A stretch of DNA of 61,762 nucleotides, the filler included, from Squatina squatina (Eukaryota), in assembly GCA_031763465.1 (NCBI GenBank). It is 4 parts of 4 records of this genome, joined end to end, with 100 filler letters (N's around TTAATTAATTAA, not from the genome) between each part and the next. Parts side by side here need not be neighbours in the genome. Positions count along the whole stretch, not along the records: positions 30,450 to 47,809 come from JARFOE010000115.1; positions 47,910 to 61,762 come from JARFOE010000069.1; 2 more parts are not named here. One strand, 5' to 3'. Within the stretch, counting starts at the first letter, position 1, and each line of letters opens with the position of its first letter. Both the position numbers and the translations under genes were made by a program. This document shows positions 38,421-50,912 of the stretch, piece after piece. The notes below the pieces were generated by a model. That model was not told the origin of the DNA. It saw only the letters and a list, made by a program, of their open reading frames with translations, and did not search any database.

Positions 38421-39061
38421 TTCTTTCTGGTAGTGCAGATTGCTTTGTGTGATTGTATTTAACCTGCTTGTTCCCGTATCTGCCCTCAGCCAAGGTTCAC
38501 AGCTCTTGAATGCCAAACCAGTGAACCCCTGATTTATTGTCTGAGTACGGGTGTCGATCTCAGCTTTGGTGCCCACNNNNNNNNNNNNNNNNNNNNNNNN
38601 NNNNNNNNNNNNNNNNNNNNNNNNNNNNNNNNNNNNNNNNNNNNNNNNNNNNNNNNNNNNNNNNNNNNNNNNNNNNCATGTGGTGATGGTGCACTTCCCA
38701 GTCCACCGCCAGTACAGCCCCCATGATCGATTTATGTGAATAAACCAAACATTAATTTAGCCAGCAGAAGGAGCTGGGATTGAACCCAGGTCCCACAGTA
38801 GAACGGGCACTGACCCTACCGTCCAGGCCCCTACATGTATTCTGAGCTGGACACTAAGGTCCTCAGCTCTCTTTTGAATCCTTCTAAGGACTGAGGGACC
38901 AGTTATGGTCGGTGTCTTCAAGAACTTGCAAAGTCAAATTGACCTTCATGCAGTCTCCTTTCCCACAAGATCTGTCTTGACCGAGATCACGAGTGAAACA
39001 AGTCCAATTGGACAGCGGGATTCATAATAGTTCCTCTTGTGTGTGTTCTTTCCCCAGCTAT

Positions 39062-39361
39062 CTAACTGACCAGGAACGCACCAAAGAAACTGGATCCTCC
39101 AGCCATATCAATCAAGCTGATGTTGCTGACAGTCACAAATATTCTGTCGAGGTATTTGAGTTCAAACACCCCGCCCTGGTAAATGGAATGCAACCCGAAT
39201 TCCGCGTTCTTAGCCCAGCATGTTGTCCTGGTGTTCTTCATTAAAAGAATGGGGTCGGGGTAGGCGGTGGACTTGTAGATATACTGGATCATCTGTTTGT
39301 TTCTGGAAACCGACAGCGGGCCGCCTGAACTGGAGTCTCCCTCACCTGCGGCTTCGCGATG
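39062..39361 (-). CDS. TNFSF10: TNF superfamily member 10 (TRAIL), 3' part of last exon
   Basis: KQMIQYIYKSTAYPDPILLMKNTRTTCWAKNAEFGLHSIYQGGVFELKYLDRIFVTVSNISLIDMAGGSSFFGAFLVS*. Lies convergent to FNDC3B as in human. Confidence 0.92.
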   Translation of the reverse strand, partial: HREAAGEGDSSSGGPLSVSRNKQMIQYIYKSTAYPDPILLMKNTRTTCWAKNAEFGLHSIYQGGVFELKYLDRIFVTVSNISLIDMAGGSSFFGAFLVS

Positions 39362-39884
39362 NNNNNNNNNNNNNNNNNNNNNNNNNNNNNNNNNNNNNNN
39401 NNNNNNNNNNNNNNNNNNNNNNNNNNNNNNNNNNNNNNNNNNNNNNNNNNNNNNNNNNNNNCTCGTAGTGTAAGGTGAAGTCACAGGAGCAGGTGGATTT
39501 CAGAGCAATCTGAGCTTCCTCGCCGACCTGCAACAGTCGAAGTACGACACGAGTTTTATTTAAGACGAGCAGGCCTAGGCTACCAAGCTGGTCACTGCTA
39601 AGGAGTCCACCCAGCGTGGCCCCGTCACCCGGGGCAGAAAGGGCCAAACGTCCAGCTCCAGTCTGGCCTGGGTTCGATCATCAGTCGAGACGCAGCAAGG
39701 GCCACAATTGGCCTCCGCACGCTGGGCTTGGGACAGGAATCTCAGCCAGGGGTTCCACCCTGGATCGCAGTCCAGGTACGGGCAAGTGTACGGCCATCGG
39801 GGGGAGGTCAGATCAGCTTCAGCTGTGACACCTTTCATGGTCGAACATACTGCAGGCCAGCTGTTTTAGGGAGAGTGGATCTGG

Positions 39885-40389
39885 TGATATATAGTAATGG
39901 CCTGGTCTCGGGTACAGAGGGCATCGTTTCAAGGTTTGCAGATGACATGAAACTCGGAAATGTAGTAAACAGTGAGGAGAATAGCAACAGAATTCAGGAG
40001 GACAGAGACAGGCTGGTGAGATGGGTAGACACACGGCAGGTGAAATTTAACGCCGAGAAGTGTGAAGTGATTCATTTTGGTACGAAGAATGAGTTGAGGC
40101 AATATAAACTAAATGGTACAATTGTAAAATGGGTGCAGGAGCAGAGAGACCTGGGGGTGTGTGTACACAAATCTCAAGGTGGCAGGGTAAGTTGAGAAGG
40201 TTGTTAAAAAGGCTTACGGGATCCTGAACTTTATTAACAGAGGCACAGAGTACAAAAGCCAGGACGTTACACTGAACTGTTTATAACTCACAGGTTCGGC
40301 CCCAGCTGGAGGATTGGGTCCAATTCCAGGCTCCGCACTTTAGGAAGGATGTCGAGGCCTTGGAGAGGGTGCGGAGGAGATTCACCAGA
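39885..40389 (+). mobile_element. CR1 LINE RT fragment
   Basis: SRFADDMKLG...KFNAEKCEVIHFG...EQRDLGV...LERVRRRFTRMVPG. Confidence 0.85.
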
Positions 40390-40519
40390 ATGGTTCCAGG
40401 GATGAGGGANNNNNNNNNNNNNNNNNNNNNNNNNNNNNNNNNNNNNNNNNNNNNNNNNNNNNNNNNNNNNNNNNNNNNNNNNNNNNNNNNNNNNNNNNNN
40501 NNNNNNNNNGACCGAAAAA

Positions 40520-40960
40520 ATAGGAACAATGATCATGATCTGAAATTGTTGAACTCAGTGTTGAGACCGGAAGGCTGTAAAGTGCCTAATCGAAAGATGA
40601 GGTGCTATTCCTCAACCTTATGTTGAGTTTCACTGGGACAGTGTAGGGGGCTGAGGAGACAGAAGTCAGAGTAGAAGTGGAGAATTAGAATGACAGGTGC
40701 CGTGGGAAGGGGAGGGGGTGTTGGAGTGATTGAAGAGTGGAGCAAGGTGTCGTGGAGGGAATGGTCCCTTTGGAATGCTGAAAGATGAGGAGAGGGGAAG
40801 ATGTGTTTGGTGGTGGCATTGCACTGGAGGTGGCGGAAATGACGGAGAATGATCCGTTGAATGTGCAGGTCAGTGGAGTGAAGGTGAGGGCAAGAGGAAC
40901 ACTATTGTGGTTCTGGGAAGGAGATGAACAGGTAAGAGAAGAAGTGCGAGAAATGAAAGG
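40520..40960 (-). mobile_element. Penelope-like element (GIY-YIG C-terminal fragment)
   Basis: Minus strand HLIFRLGTLQPSGLNTEFNNFR. A second copy is on the plus strand at ~50738-50812. Confidence 0.7.
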
Positions 40961-41036
40961 GAACAGTAAAATATGGCAGCTGACTATAAAATAGAATGGT
41001 AGATCACTTCACTTAATTGGCTGCTTTTCTTTGCAG

Positions 41037-41284
41037 GTCATGCTATATGCAGCGCTTCTGGAGATCCTCACTATAATACTTTTGATACACGTGTTCACCA
41101 TTTCATGGGAACATGCAAATATATGCTGTCCAAACCATGCAGTGAATCTTCAGTGCTCCCTTACTTTGATGTGTCAACTATGAATGAGCACAGAGGTGTC
41201 AACACTAAAGTGTCTTGGGTGAACTCTGTGCATGTGTTTGTCCATAACAACACGATTTTAATCATGAAAAGTCATAAAGTGCTG
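41037..41284 (+). CDS. Zonadhesin/FCGBP-like protein, VWD domain exon (N-half)
   Basis: ttgcag|...|gtatgt, encoding [34 protein letters not shown]...[20 protein letters not shown]...KVL. Confidence 0.9.
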
Positions 41285-42092
41285 GTATGTGAGTTTGTTT
41301 TGTATTATTTGTGATTATTCATAGACTGATGCAAGACTTGCCTTAGATCTTTACTTGTTCACTGATGCATTATAACGATGTACTACTACAAACTACATTT
41401 TCATTTCTTGTTGTCAAACTCTGGTGGGGGGTTGCGCGGAGAGGCTGAGGGGAAACAAACTTAAAACATGGACAGCTAGTAGTTGTTTTGTTTCAGGATG
41501 CTTACCGTACTGGTCTTTTCATAGCTTGTGCATAAAACAATGTTGACCCTTGTAAAAAGTAAGTAATGATGTATTTGTTTTGGGGGCAACCTTCATTTAG
41601 AGTAAGATACGGTTCACACAAACGATTTGGAAACACCATGCTCACATGAATGATTCATTGGTACAATTTATTGCATATTAATTCCAATCTTGCAGTCTGT
41701 TAAATGGCAATAGTTCAGCACCAGATCTGATAAAGAGCATGGCAGAATAATGACACAAACAGGACATATTGAAAGTCCAGCAAGTTCGGTTCAAATACCT
41801 GCACTGTCAGATTGGATGCCACTGCCAGGCAGGCCTGATATCACTTTCTAACCTGGAGTAATGCATGTTCATAGTTTGTGGAGTCTATACTGTGTACTGG
41901 AAGTATGAAATAGATAAATGCATCATATAATAAATATTTAACAAAACCCAAGAAATTATAATCTACTGCACTCACCTGAGTTTTGAATTATATAGGTTGT
42001 GTGACAGTTGTTGACTCATAGGTGAAATTGTATGGATGAGGCATATCAGTTTGTAATTTATGTAAACAGCAAGCATATTGTTCTTTCCATAG

Positions 42093-42270
42093 CTGAATGG
42101 AAAAAGAGCAAACCTGCCTGTGTCGGTCGAGGACCTCCTGGTCATACGGATGAGTGGCACCTATGTTTTACTGGAGACTAACTTTGGCCTCTTGGTGAGA
42201 TTTGATGGCATCCATCATGTTGATGTGTCTGTGCCATCTGTGTATGCTGGACTGCTCTGCGGCATGTGTG
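42093..42270 (+). CDS. Zonadhesin/FCGBP-like protein, VWD domain exon (C-half)
   Basis: ccatag|...|gtaggt, in phase with the previous exon, encoding LNGKRANLPV...LETNFGLLVRFDGIHHVDVSVPSVYAGLLCGMCG. Confidence 0.9.
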
Positions 42271-42399
42271 GTAGGTCCTATAGATTTACTGAGCAAATCT
42301 TCAACACATTGCAGGTGTGCCTTTATATCTGTTTATAAATGTTTTAGTTGTAGTAGTTTTTAACTACTGTTCAGCTCTTTATACATGGTGACACCTTTC

Positions 42400-42925
42400 A
42401 GTCATAGGCCGCCAATTGGAGAGTGGAGAGCCCCAGAATGGGGCGCTGCATTGGTCCGGGGCTCGGTGCTTTTGCGCCGGTCCTGGAGCGATGCCTTCTG
42501 TCCCGGAGCTGGGGTCTTTGCTTAATTTCTGGGTCAGCACAATGTGGCAGTGCTAATGAAGTGTTGCCACGGTGCCGACCTGGCAGTGACCCCGCAAATT
42601 GCCGGGAAGTGCAGGCTGGCATCGGCCGTGGCTCCGCCTCTGCCTTAAAGGGAAGGGTCGCCGGCTGAGGCAACGGAGCCTCAGGGCCCTCCACTGGGCC
42701 ACCAGGGAGCCGGGTTGGGGGCAGTAAAATGCCGGCATGCCAGAGAGCATGCCGGCAAGTGTATGCAGCGGCGCTAGTGGGCAAATGGCTGCTAAACATC
42801 GACAGTGGAAGTCGGCCGATGTAAAATAAAAAGGCGGGCAGCGGCACAATCACCTCCCAATTAAGCGTCGTTGGCAAGGACAGGTCCATCTTGTCATTGC
42901 CAGCGGTGCGGGCCTCATTGGCAAG
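42400..42925. mobile_element. GC-rich Harbinger-type non-autonomous element
   Basis: Abrupt CpG-rich block inside an intron, similar in character to 9535-9995 and 55525-56069. Confidence 0.45.
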
Positions 42926-43678
42926 NNNNNNNNNNNNNNNNNNNNNNNNNNNNNNNNNNNNNNNNNNNNNNNNNNNNNNNNNNNNNNNNNNNNNNNNNNN
43001 NNNNNNNNNNNNNNNNNNNNNNNNNAGCCAATACATCGAGCGTCAACCAGCTTTTCAAACATAGGCTCGTAGCTTGACCTTACTGCTGTTGTACACACAC
43101 ACATAGTTTGTGCAAGTGTCACTGGATCTCTGACCAATTCCCCACCCCTCCTCCGGCCCACTGGTTTAAGAGCATTTAGCCCAACTTTGACACTGGTACT
43201 GATTGGCTGAGATCAACTAACTAAATATGATCTGGGATTGAACCTGGGATATTGCTGATCTGTATGGGTCAGTACCATACTGCACGGTACAATTATGGAT
43301 AGAGCTGTAGGCAACACAAATTCAAATCATGAGACCATAAAAAAATATGCTGGTTTCAATATCCATCCTCATTCTTAGCAACCTCCACACACCACTGGAG
43401 TGTGATCAGTATTGTTATCATTAATTAATGAAACATTACAGACTTCATAGAAAGCAGCTTCCATTTAAGACCTTCTGACATACTGACATTGGGAATGTTG
43501 GCAGTGTGACACGTTCTACTGTCATGTAATTTATGTAAGATGAACCACATTGGTGAGATATCAGTTTGTTTTTCTCCCACCTGTTGGAGTGTTAAATAAG
43601 CTAGCTACATAGTTAATTTGAATAAGCTACACTTAGTGAAGCAGAAATGATTGCTAAATACTTGTATGTCTTCTTTAG

Positions 43679-43881
43679 CCTTGTCCTGTCCTGGTGGTAG
43701 TCACTATGAGAGGTGCGGCACTAGTTGTCCTGCGACTTGTACGGACCTGTCTGCACCTGACAGCTGTCTTCTACCAACTGTTGAAGGATGCTTCTGTGAC
43801 CCTGGCTATGTTCTGAGTGTGGACAAATGCGTCCCAAGCAGTCAGTGTGGCTGTGTGGATGAGGACAATACATACTATCAG
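43679..43881 (+). CDS. Zonadhesin-like TIL domain exon
   Basis: ctttag|...|gtaaat, encoding LSCPGGSHYERCGTSCPATCTDL...EGCFCDPGYVLSVDKCVPSSQCGCVDEDNTYYQ. Confidence 0.88.
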
Positions 43882-45294
43882 GTAAATGCATAGGCCTTTG
43901 CCCGGTTCAATCATGTAAGTTACTTGAATTTTCTTCAACAGCACCTCCCAAACCCATTACCTCTACCACCTAGAAGGACAAGGACAGCAAGTGCATTGGA
44001 GCACCATCACCTGCAAATTCCCCTCCAAGTCACACACCATCCAGACTTGGAAATATATCGGCCGTTCCTTCGTCGTTGCTGGCCCGTATTTGACCCCGAC
44101 AGGTTTTTGGTTGTTCACAGTCTTTAGTCTCTGAACATCAATAAGAGTAAAGCACTCCAAAAACAATCCTCAAATCTTTCATAGCAGTAAAGGTCACCTG
44201 TAATGGTTGTTGTGATAGCTTCGCCTCCAAAGGGCGTGCTTAGTGAAGAGATGCTTCAGATGTGTCAGAAGCTGTAGATCAATCCTTTACACTCCACCAA
44301 TACGGTGCAATATTCAGTCCTCAGTGCAAATCTGTTCTCAGACCATTAAGAAGTACACAGTAGCAAGCCATAGGGTGTTTTCTCTTCTCTCCCCTTACCT
44401 GGACCTGGGCTGCTTCACCATCTGCCCCTCAGAGAAAACAATCAGAAAATCACTATGTGGCAACTGTGGGCACAAGCTGCATTCCACCATGCCACGCACA
44501 TCAATTAGTGCTCTGCTGGTAAAATATTTTTCAATCAGCATTTGGCTGCTTCCACCATGGATCAGTGGATAAAAGTGCATGGCGTGCTAATGAGCCAGGA
44601 AGGTCCACGTTCGAATTCCGATCTGTGCTGCGCTCGCTGATCTGACTGGGATGATGCGGGATAAATTAGTCAGTAACCTGAGCTGAGGGGGACTAAATAA
44701 GCCCTCAATATCAAAATCCTGGAACTCCCTCCCTAACTGTGGGAGCACCTTCACCACACGGACTGCAGCGGTTCAAGAAGGAGGCTCACTACCACCTTCT
44801 CCAGGGAAATTAGAGAGCCTTGCCAGCGACGCCCACATCCCAGGAATCAATGAAAAAATGGTGTATGATAATAAACTGTACTGAAAAGTTAAATCTAGAA
44901 CACAAAGTTAAAATGTCCTCTGCAGAAATCTGGAATAATGCTCTAACTTTGAAGAAACTGTGCCAAGAGAAGCTTGCATGCATTTATTTTAAGCAAAATG
45001 GATAACAAAATAACTNNNNNNNNNNNNNNNNNNNNNNNNNNNNNNNNNNNNNNNNNNNNNNNNNNNNNNNNNNNNNNNNNNNNNNNNNNNNNNNNNNNNN
45101 NNNNNNNNNNNNNNNTGTTTTGAGTCAAACAGATCAGGAAGATACTAGGTTTTATCCCCGTCTGTACTGGGTTAGCTGATCATGATGGGAGTATTACAAC
45201 TATAATGTTCCCAAGATAAGCAGTCAGTGTTGCTGCTTCTGTCTCTACCTAGTGGCCCTGGTTGGAAAGTATGCATGTGCAAACATATTTTAAA

Positions 45295-45682
45295 GTGTCA
45301 GCTTGACTCAGTGGTAGCACTCTCACTTCTAAGTCTGAAGGTTGTGGGTACAAGCGCTGCTGCCGGATTTGAGCACATAGTCCAGGCTGACACTTCAGTT
45401 TGTTACTGAGGGAGTGCGACATTGTTGGAGGTGCCGTGGTTTGGATCAGATGCAAAATTGAAGCTGTTCAGGTGGGTATAAAAGATCCAATGGTACCATT
45501 TGCAAAAGAGCAATGGATTTCTCCTGGTTACCTGACAAACAAAACCGATCAACTGCCCATTTATCGAGTTGCTGTAGTGGGACCTTGCTGAGTGCAATTC
45601 AGCTGTTGAAGTGACTACTCTTCAAAAATAATTCTTGGACCATAAAGTGCTTTGGGACATCCTGAGGATGTGAAAGGTGCTT
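45295..45682 (+). mobile_element. tRNA-derived SINE (SacSINE1-like)
   Basis: GACTCAGTGGTAGCACTCTCAC head and GTGAAAGGTGCT tail. Confidence 0.65.
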
Positions 45683-46202
45683 TTTGCTGCTGCTTTTATT
45701 GAAAAAGGATAGGATTGGGCTTCGTTGAGATAGGATACCCTCTGTGGTCAGATAGCCTATAACATTTACTTTCAAGGCTCAACATTAATCATGACCACTT
45801 GGGGGAGATACTGACGGGCAACTTGATACCACGGAACCATATCCCAGCCAGCAATCAATGAATTATTGGCTTCCGGAGAGATGCCAAAGAGGACAGAATT
45901 GGTGAGAAAGAAAATGCAGAAAACTATGATGTAAGGAACTGTCCATCCACCAGTGCAAAAGTAGAAGTACATCAGGACACGCATTGCTACCACAGGGACC
46001 TAATACTGTTTAGCATAAGAACTTACGACAAAGAACTTGAAAATAATAAAGTTGAGCTCGACTTTGATCTGGCATAAAATTTTCCTGAACATCTGTGTAT
46101 CTGAAATTGTTTAGTTTGTCTTCCTGCTTGGTTCAGACTATGTAGAACAAATAATTTGATCCACTCAAGGATCATTAAAACTGTTTATATTTGCCTTTGC
46201 AG

Positions 46203-46411
46203 CTCTGTATTGCCCACCAAAGAGCTACTACGTGACCTGTGCTCCAGCTTGTCCTCCGACATGCAATAATATCTATGCAGGATCCAGCTGTGACAAGCCA
46301 TCTGTGTGTATGGAAGGATGTGTATGTTACAATGGCTTTGTACTGAGTGACGACAGCTGCGTTCCGATCAGTGAATGTGGCTGCAGGGACAAAATCGATG
46401 ATTATCATCGT
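46203..46411 (+). CDS. Zonadhesin-like TIL domain exon (second)
   Basis: ttgcag|...|gtaagt, encoding LYCPPKSYYVTCAPACPPTCNN...CMEGCVCYNGFVLSDDSCVPISECGCRDKIDDYHR. Confidence 0.88.
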
Positions 46412-46999
46412 GTAAGTATATCAGAAAAAAACGCATTGAACTTATTTCAGGAAAGATCAGGGGCGCCCAATTAGATTGCCCTGAGTTTGTGGCGCTACGG
46501 GACGAATTGGGGAATGCAAAGTTCAGGTCTTTGAAATTTTTCTTTAAGGCTAGCAATTAGGGACTTTGAAAAAATCTCTCAGGCAGCTTTAAAAAATGTA
46601 CTATTTTCAGCACTGAAGGGCCCATGCTTAGCGCTGATTATCTTAAATTTTTTCCAATTGCTCAATAGGCCTAACTGCTTCCAATCAACTATCAGGCCAC
46701 ATCAATACTTAAAGGGGGGCCTTTCCCACACANNNNNNNNNNNNNNNNNNNNNNNNNNNNNNNNNNNNNNNNNNNNNNNNNNNNNNNNNNNNNNNNNNNN
46801 NNNNNNNNNNNNNNNNNNNNNNNNNNNNNNNNTGAAGGTGCAGGAAAGATTTACAAGAATGGTTCCAGCGATGAGGGACTTCAGTATATGGATAGACTGG
46901 GGAAACTGGGGTTATTGACCTCAGAGGAGAAAAGGATTGAGAAGAGATTTGATAGAGGTTCAAAATCATGAGGGATCTGGACAGAATAGATAGAGAGAA

Positions 47000-47425
47000 A
47001 GGGGTCCCAATTGATTAGCGCCACGTTGGCATGGTTAGCTGCCAAAAAAAGTATTTGTTAGCGCTGGTTTCAGGGTCCTGTAAAATAACGAGACATTGGC
47101 CTCATAGAATAAAAAATTCAGTGTGGCGCTAATGGGGCTTAATGGGGGCGCCATTCAGTTCAGCTGTTGCTCTAAGAGGGAGAAGCAGTCTGGACTGGGC
47201 CAATTCCACGCACTTTGTATTTGGTGCTAATTATTTTCCAGACTACCCCAGCCCTTAAAGGTAATTTGCAGCCTCATTTACTGCTGTGTGTGGTATGTGG
47301 AAAGTGCATGATGGCTGCTGCAACTCCAGCACAGAGGGCCCGGTGTCCCACTGACCAAGCATTAGAGACGCTGGTGGCATCGGTGGAGGCTCGGTGGGCA
47401 CGACTCTTCATGTCAGTGGGCTGAT
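47000..47425 (+). mobile_element. Harbinger element end plus Myb/SANT-like ORF N-terminus
   Basis: RARCPTDQALETLVASVEARWARLF resembles the RAPRFSD..LE.LV..V..RR..LF trihelix motif. Confidence 0.5.
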
Positions 47426-47809
47426 GAGTGGGACCCCAGATGGTGAGGGCACTGTGTGTAAGTGTTTTGGGTCGGTGTCGATGGGGTCTGCCTTGGTCCA
47501 GCCAAAAGCAACTCCACCTCATGGACCCAGTGGTCCGGGATAAACGGGACTTATGCTAACGTGTCTGTTGGCGGGGAATGAGTCAGTTGTACACAACACC
47601 CTGCTGTCAGGTTGAACCACAAGGGTGTTTATTATGCGCTGCCACAAACTAAAGCAAATCAATAATTACAGAATATAAACAAAAAACGCTGGAAGAACTC
47701 AGCATTACAGAGCAGTTTTCAATAACACAACCTGTATACATACATATGTCTATTACACCAATGCCCCATTTAAACTACTGGATTGGCCGGGACCCTGGAG
47801 AATCACCCG

Positions 47810-47909
47810 NNNNNNNNNNNNNNNNNNNNNNNNNNNNNNNNNNNNNNNNNNNNTTAATTAATTAANNNNNNNNNNNNNNNNNNNNNNNNNNNNNNNNNNN
47901 NNNNNNNNN
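47810..47909. other. Artificial scaffold-concatenation linker
   Basis: N44-TTAATTAATTAA-N44. Confidence 0.95.
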
Positions 47910-48127
47910 GCTGTTTGTGCTGCAATACTGGCCATCGACCACCCATCATGGTGGGTTCCACAGGTGTGCTGATGGAGTTGACCACCTGTTCCATATTGGA
48001 AAGAATGGGCTCCAAGCTTTGCGCAAAGCTCTGTGCCAAGTTGGTGCTAAACTTCTCCATGCTCCTTGACATTGTACAAAGACTTTCTGGCAGGCTTTCC
48101 AGTGTACCAAGCATTTGGTTATGTGGG

Positions 48128-49540
48128 TACAGTAGCATAGTAGTTATGTTACTGGAGTAGAAATCCTGAGGTCTGGACTAATCATCCAGAGATGAGAGTT
48201 CAAGTCCCACCATGGCAGCTGGGGAACTTAAATCCAGTTAATTAAATAAATCTGGAATAAGAAGCTAGCATCAGTAACAGTGACCTTGAAACTATGTTTC
48301 ACTCATGTCCTTTAGGGAAGGAAATCTGCTGTCCTTACCTGGTCTGGCCTACATGCAACTCCAGATCCACAGTAATGTGGTTGACTCTTAACTACCCTCT
48401 GAAATGGCCTAGAAAGCTACTCAGTTGTACAAAACCGCTATGAAAAATAATATAATAAAACCGGATGGACCACTGATATCAACATAGGCACAGCCAGGCC
48501 AGTCGACCCTGCAAAGTCCGCCTCACTAACATCTGGGGGCTTGTGCCAAAATTGGGAGAGCTGTCCCACAGACTCGTCAAGCAACAACCCAACACTCATT
48601 CACAAAATCGTACTTATCAGCCAACTGCCCAGACATCTCCACCTATTTGGGTACGTCCTGTCCCACCGGCAAGACAGGCCCATCAGAGGTGGCGGCACAG
48701 TGGTATACTGTCAGGAGGAAATGACCCTGGGAGTCATCAACATTGAGTCCGGACTCCAAGTCGAGCATGGGCATGGAAATCTCCTGCTAATTACAACCTA
48801 CGGCCCTCACCTACCACCCTCCCTCCCTCAGCTGATGAGCCAGTCCTCCTCCATGTTGAACACCACTGGAAGAAACACTGATGGTAGCAAGGGAACAGAA
48901 TGTACTCTGAATGGGGGACTTCAAAGTCCATCACCAAGAGTGGCTCGGTAACACCACTACTGACCGAGCCCTGAAGGACAAAGCTGCCAGATTGGACTGA
49001 GAACCAACATGAGGGAAAAACCTACTTGACCTCATCCTCACCAATCTACCAGTTGCAGATGCATCTGTCTATGACAGCATTGGTAGCAGTGACCACTGCA
49101 CAATCACTGTGGAGACGAAGTCCCGTCTTCACACTGAGGGCATCCTCCATTGTGTTGTGTGGCACTACCACTGTGCTAAATAGGATAGATTCAGAACAGA
49201 TCTAGCAGCTCAAAACTGGGCATACAGGAGGCGCTGTGGACCATCAGCGGCAGCAGAATTGTATACCACCACAATCTGTAGCCTCAAAGCTCGGCATACC
49301 CTCAATCTATCATTACCATCAAGCCAGGATACCAACCCTGGTTCAATGAGGAGTGCAGATGAGCAAGCCAGGAGCAGCGCCAGGCATTCCTAAAAATGAG
49401 TTGCCAACCTGGTGAAGTCACAGTACATGCATGCCAAACAGTGGAAGTAGCATCCTATAAACAGAGCTAAGCAATCCCACAACCACCGGATCAGATCAAA
49501 GCTGTGTCTTGAAGGACATAGCTGCCAGACTGGACCTGCA
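48128..49540 (+). mobile_element. tRNA-headed LINE (5' head plus APE endonuclease region), decayed
   Basis: AGTAGCATAGTAGTTATGTTACTGG...GAGTTCAAGTCCC head, then NIWGLVPKLGELSHRLVKQQP...GYVLSHRQDRPIRGGGTVVY...GDF...LDLILTN...SDH...PWFNEEC. Confidence 0.75.
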
Positions 49541-50912
49541 TTACATTTTAACCTTTAAGTTAGGTAAAATGTGGCCCCAGAGGTTATCTCATCCACCTAA
49601 TTATACCAAATTCCAATATATGGTCCCGTAAATCTGTATTTCCATCTTCACTTATAGACTTGCCTGGCCGTGTCACCTTTAGAAAGAAAGAATGACTGTT
49701 CTGGTACTGTTCTGTAAAATTATACCCAAAATTATCGTGTAATCTGGGACAACTCCCAATGTTCACTATTTAATGAATACGAAGTTTGCTTGCTGCCTAA
49801 TGCATAACACCCAGTTTGATGTTCAAAAGACTTAATTACAAGAAGGTTTAGAGTGATGTGGAAACCTGACAGATTGAGGATTTCACATGTGTAGCTTCAC
49901 TTTGCAGTCCATCTACACAGAATACAAAATGTGACTGAGCAAAAGAAATTGAAACAATGGCTATCTTTTATTTTGCAATTATCTTCGACCCTGTAAACCT
50001 ACTCTCAGAACAAAACACAGCAACATAGTAGAGTTTTCCCAAGCGATACTGATTTCATCTTTCCATACCCAATTATCAGTGTCTTCACCCAGAATGCTGA
50101 ATGCACTGAGGCAACAGCATTAATACTAGAAGACATACTCTACAAGCCCCACTTCTATGAATTTCTTGATTTTTATTTTAAATGACTTCTCCCCCACAAC
50201 ACCCGAGAGTCCTGGCTCATGCTCCATTAAGGTCCACTAATGTACACAGCCTTAGCAAAGTAACCTCAGGAGGGGCTACATCTCCTGCAGTCTGAGGGAA
50301 AACGAGAATCCACAAACAACTCATTCGCTGGGTTGGTTAAAATAGGTTTGTGACAGTTCCAAGGAGTCCAGTATTGGATTAAATATTTATCAACTATTGC
50401 CTCCAGAGAAAAAAATAATAAAAAAGGAACAGCTGGCTGTAGTAATGAGCTGTCAGGAGCATAACTCATGGTCTGCCTTCCCTATGATTGTCTAAGGTAC
50501 TCTGCACACCCAGTCTTCTAAGCCTCATAATGTATATCGCTGCACCACTCAACAACAATGCTAATGGGAGCTGGCTTGGGTACAGCTGATTCAAAAGGTT
50601 TAATTTCTTGTATCTTTTCCCATGCCTCCCTTTGCTGGGGTGCGGTTTCCTAGCTGCCAGGCATCCTCTTGTGCTTCCAGCAAGTGACCATTCTTCATGT
50701 GCGAGTGTAGCCACTGAGTCTTGGCAGGCAATTCTAACAGCACCTCATCTTTCGATTAGGCACTTTACAGCCTTCTGGACTTAACACTGAGTTCAACAAT
50801 TTCAGAGCATAANNNNNNNNNNNNNNNNNNNNNNNNNNNNNNNNNNNNNNNNNNNNNNNNNNNNNNNNNNNNNNNNNNNNNNNNNNNNNNNNNNNNNNNN
50901 NNNNNNNNNNNN

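Noticed and set aside
39462-39880. Possible TNFSF10 upstream coding sequence continuing across the gap
   Set aside because: The translation has no TNF-family similarity, and the contig is separated by an unsized gap.
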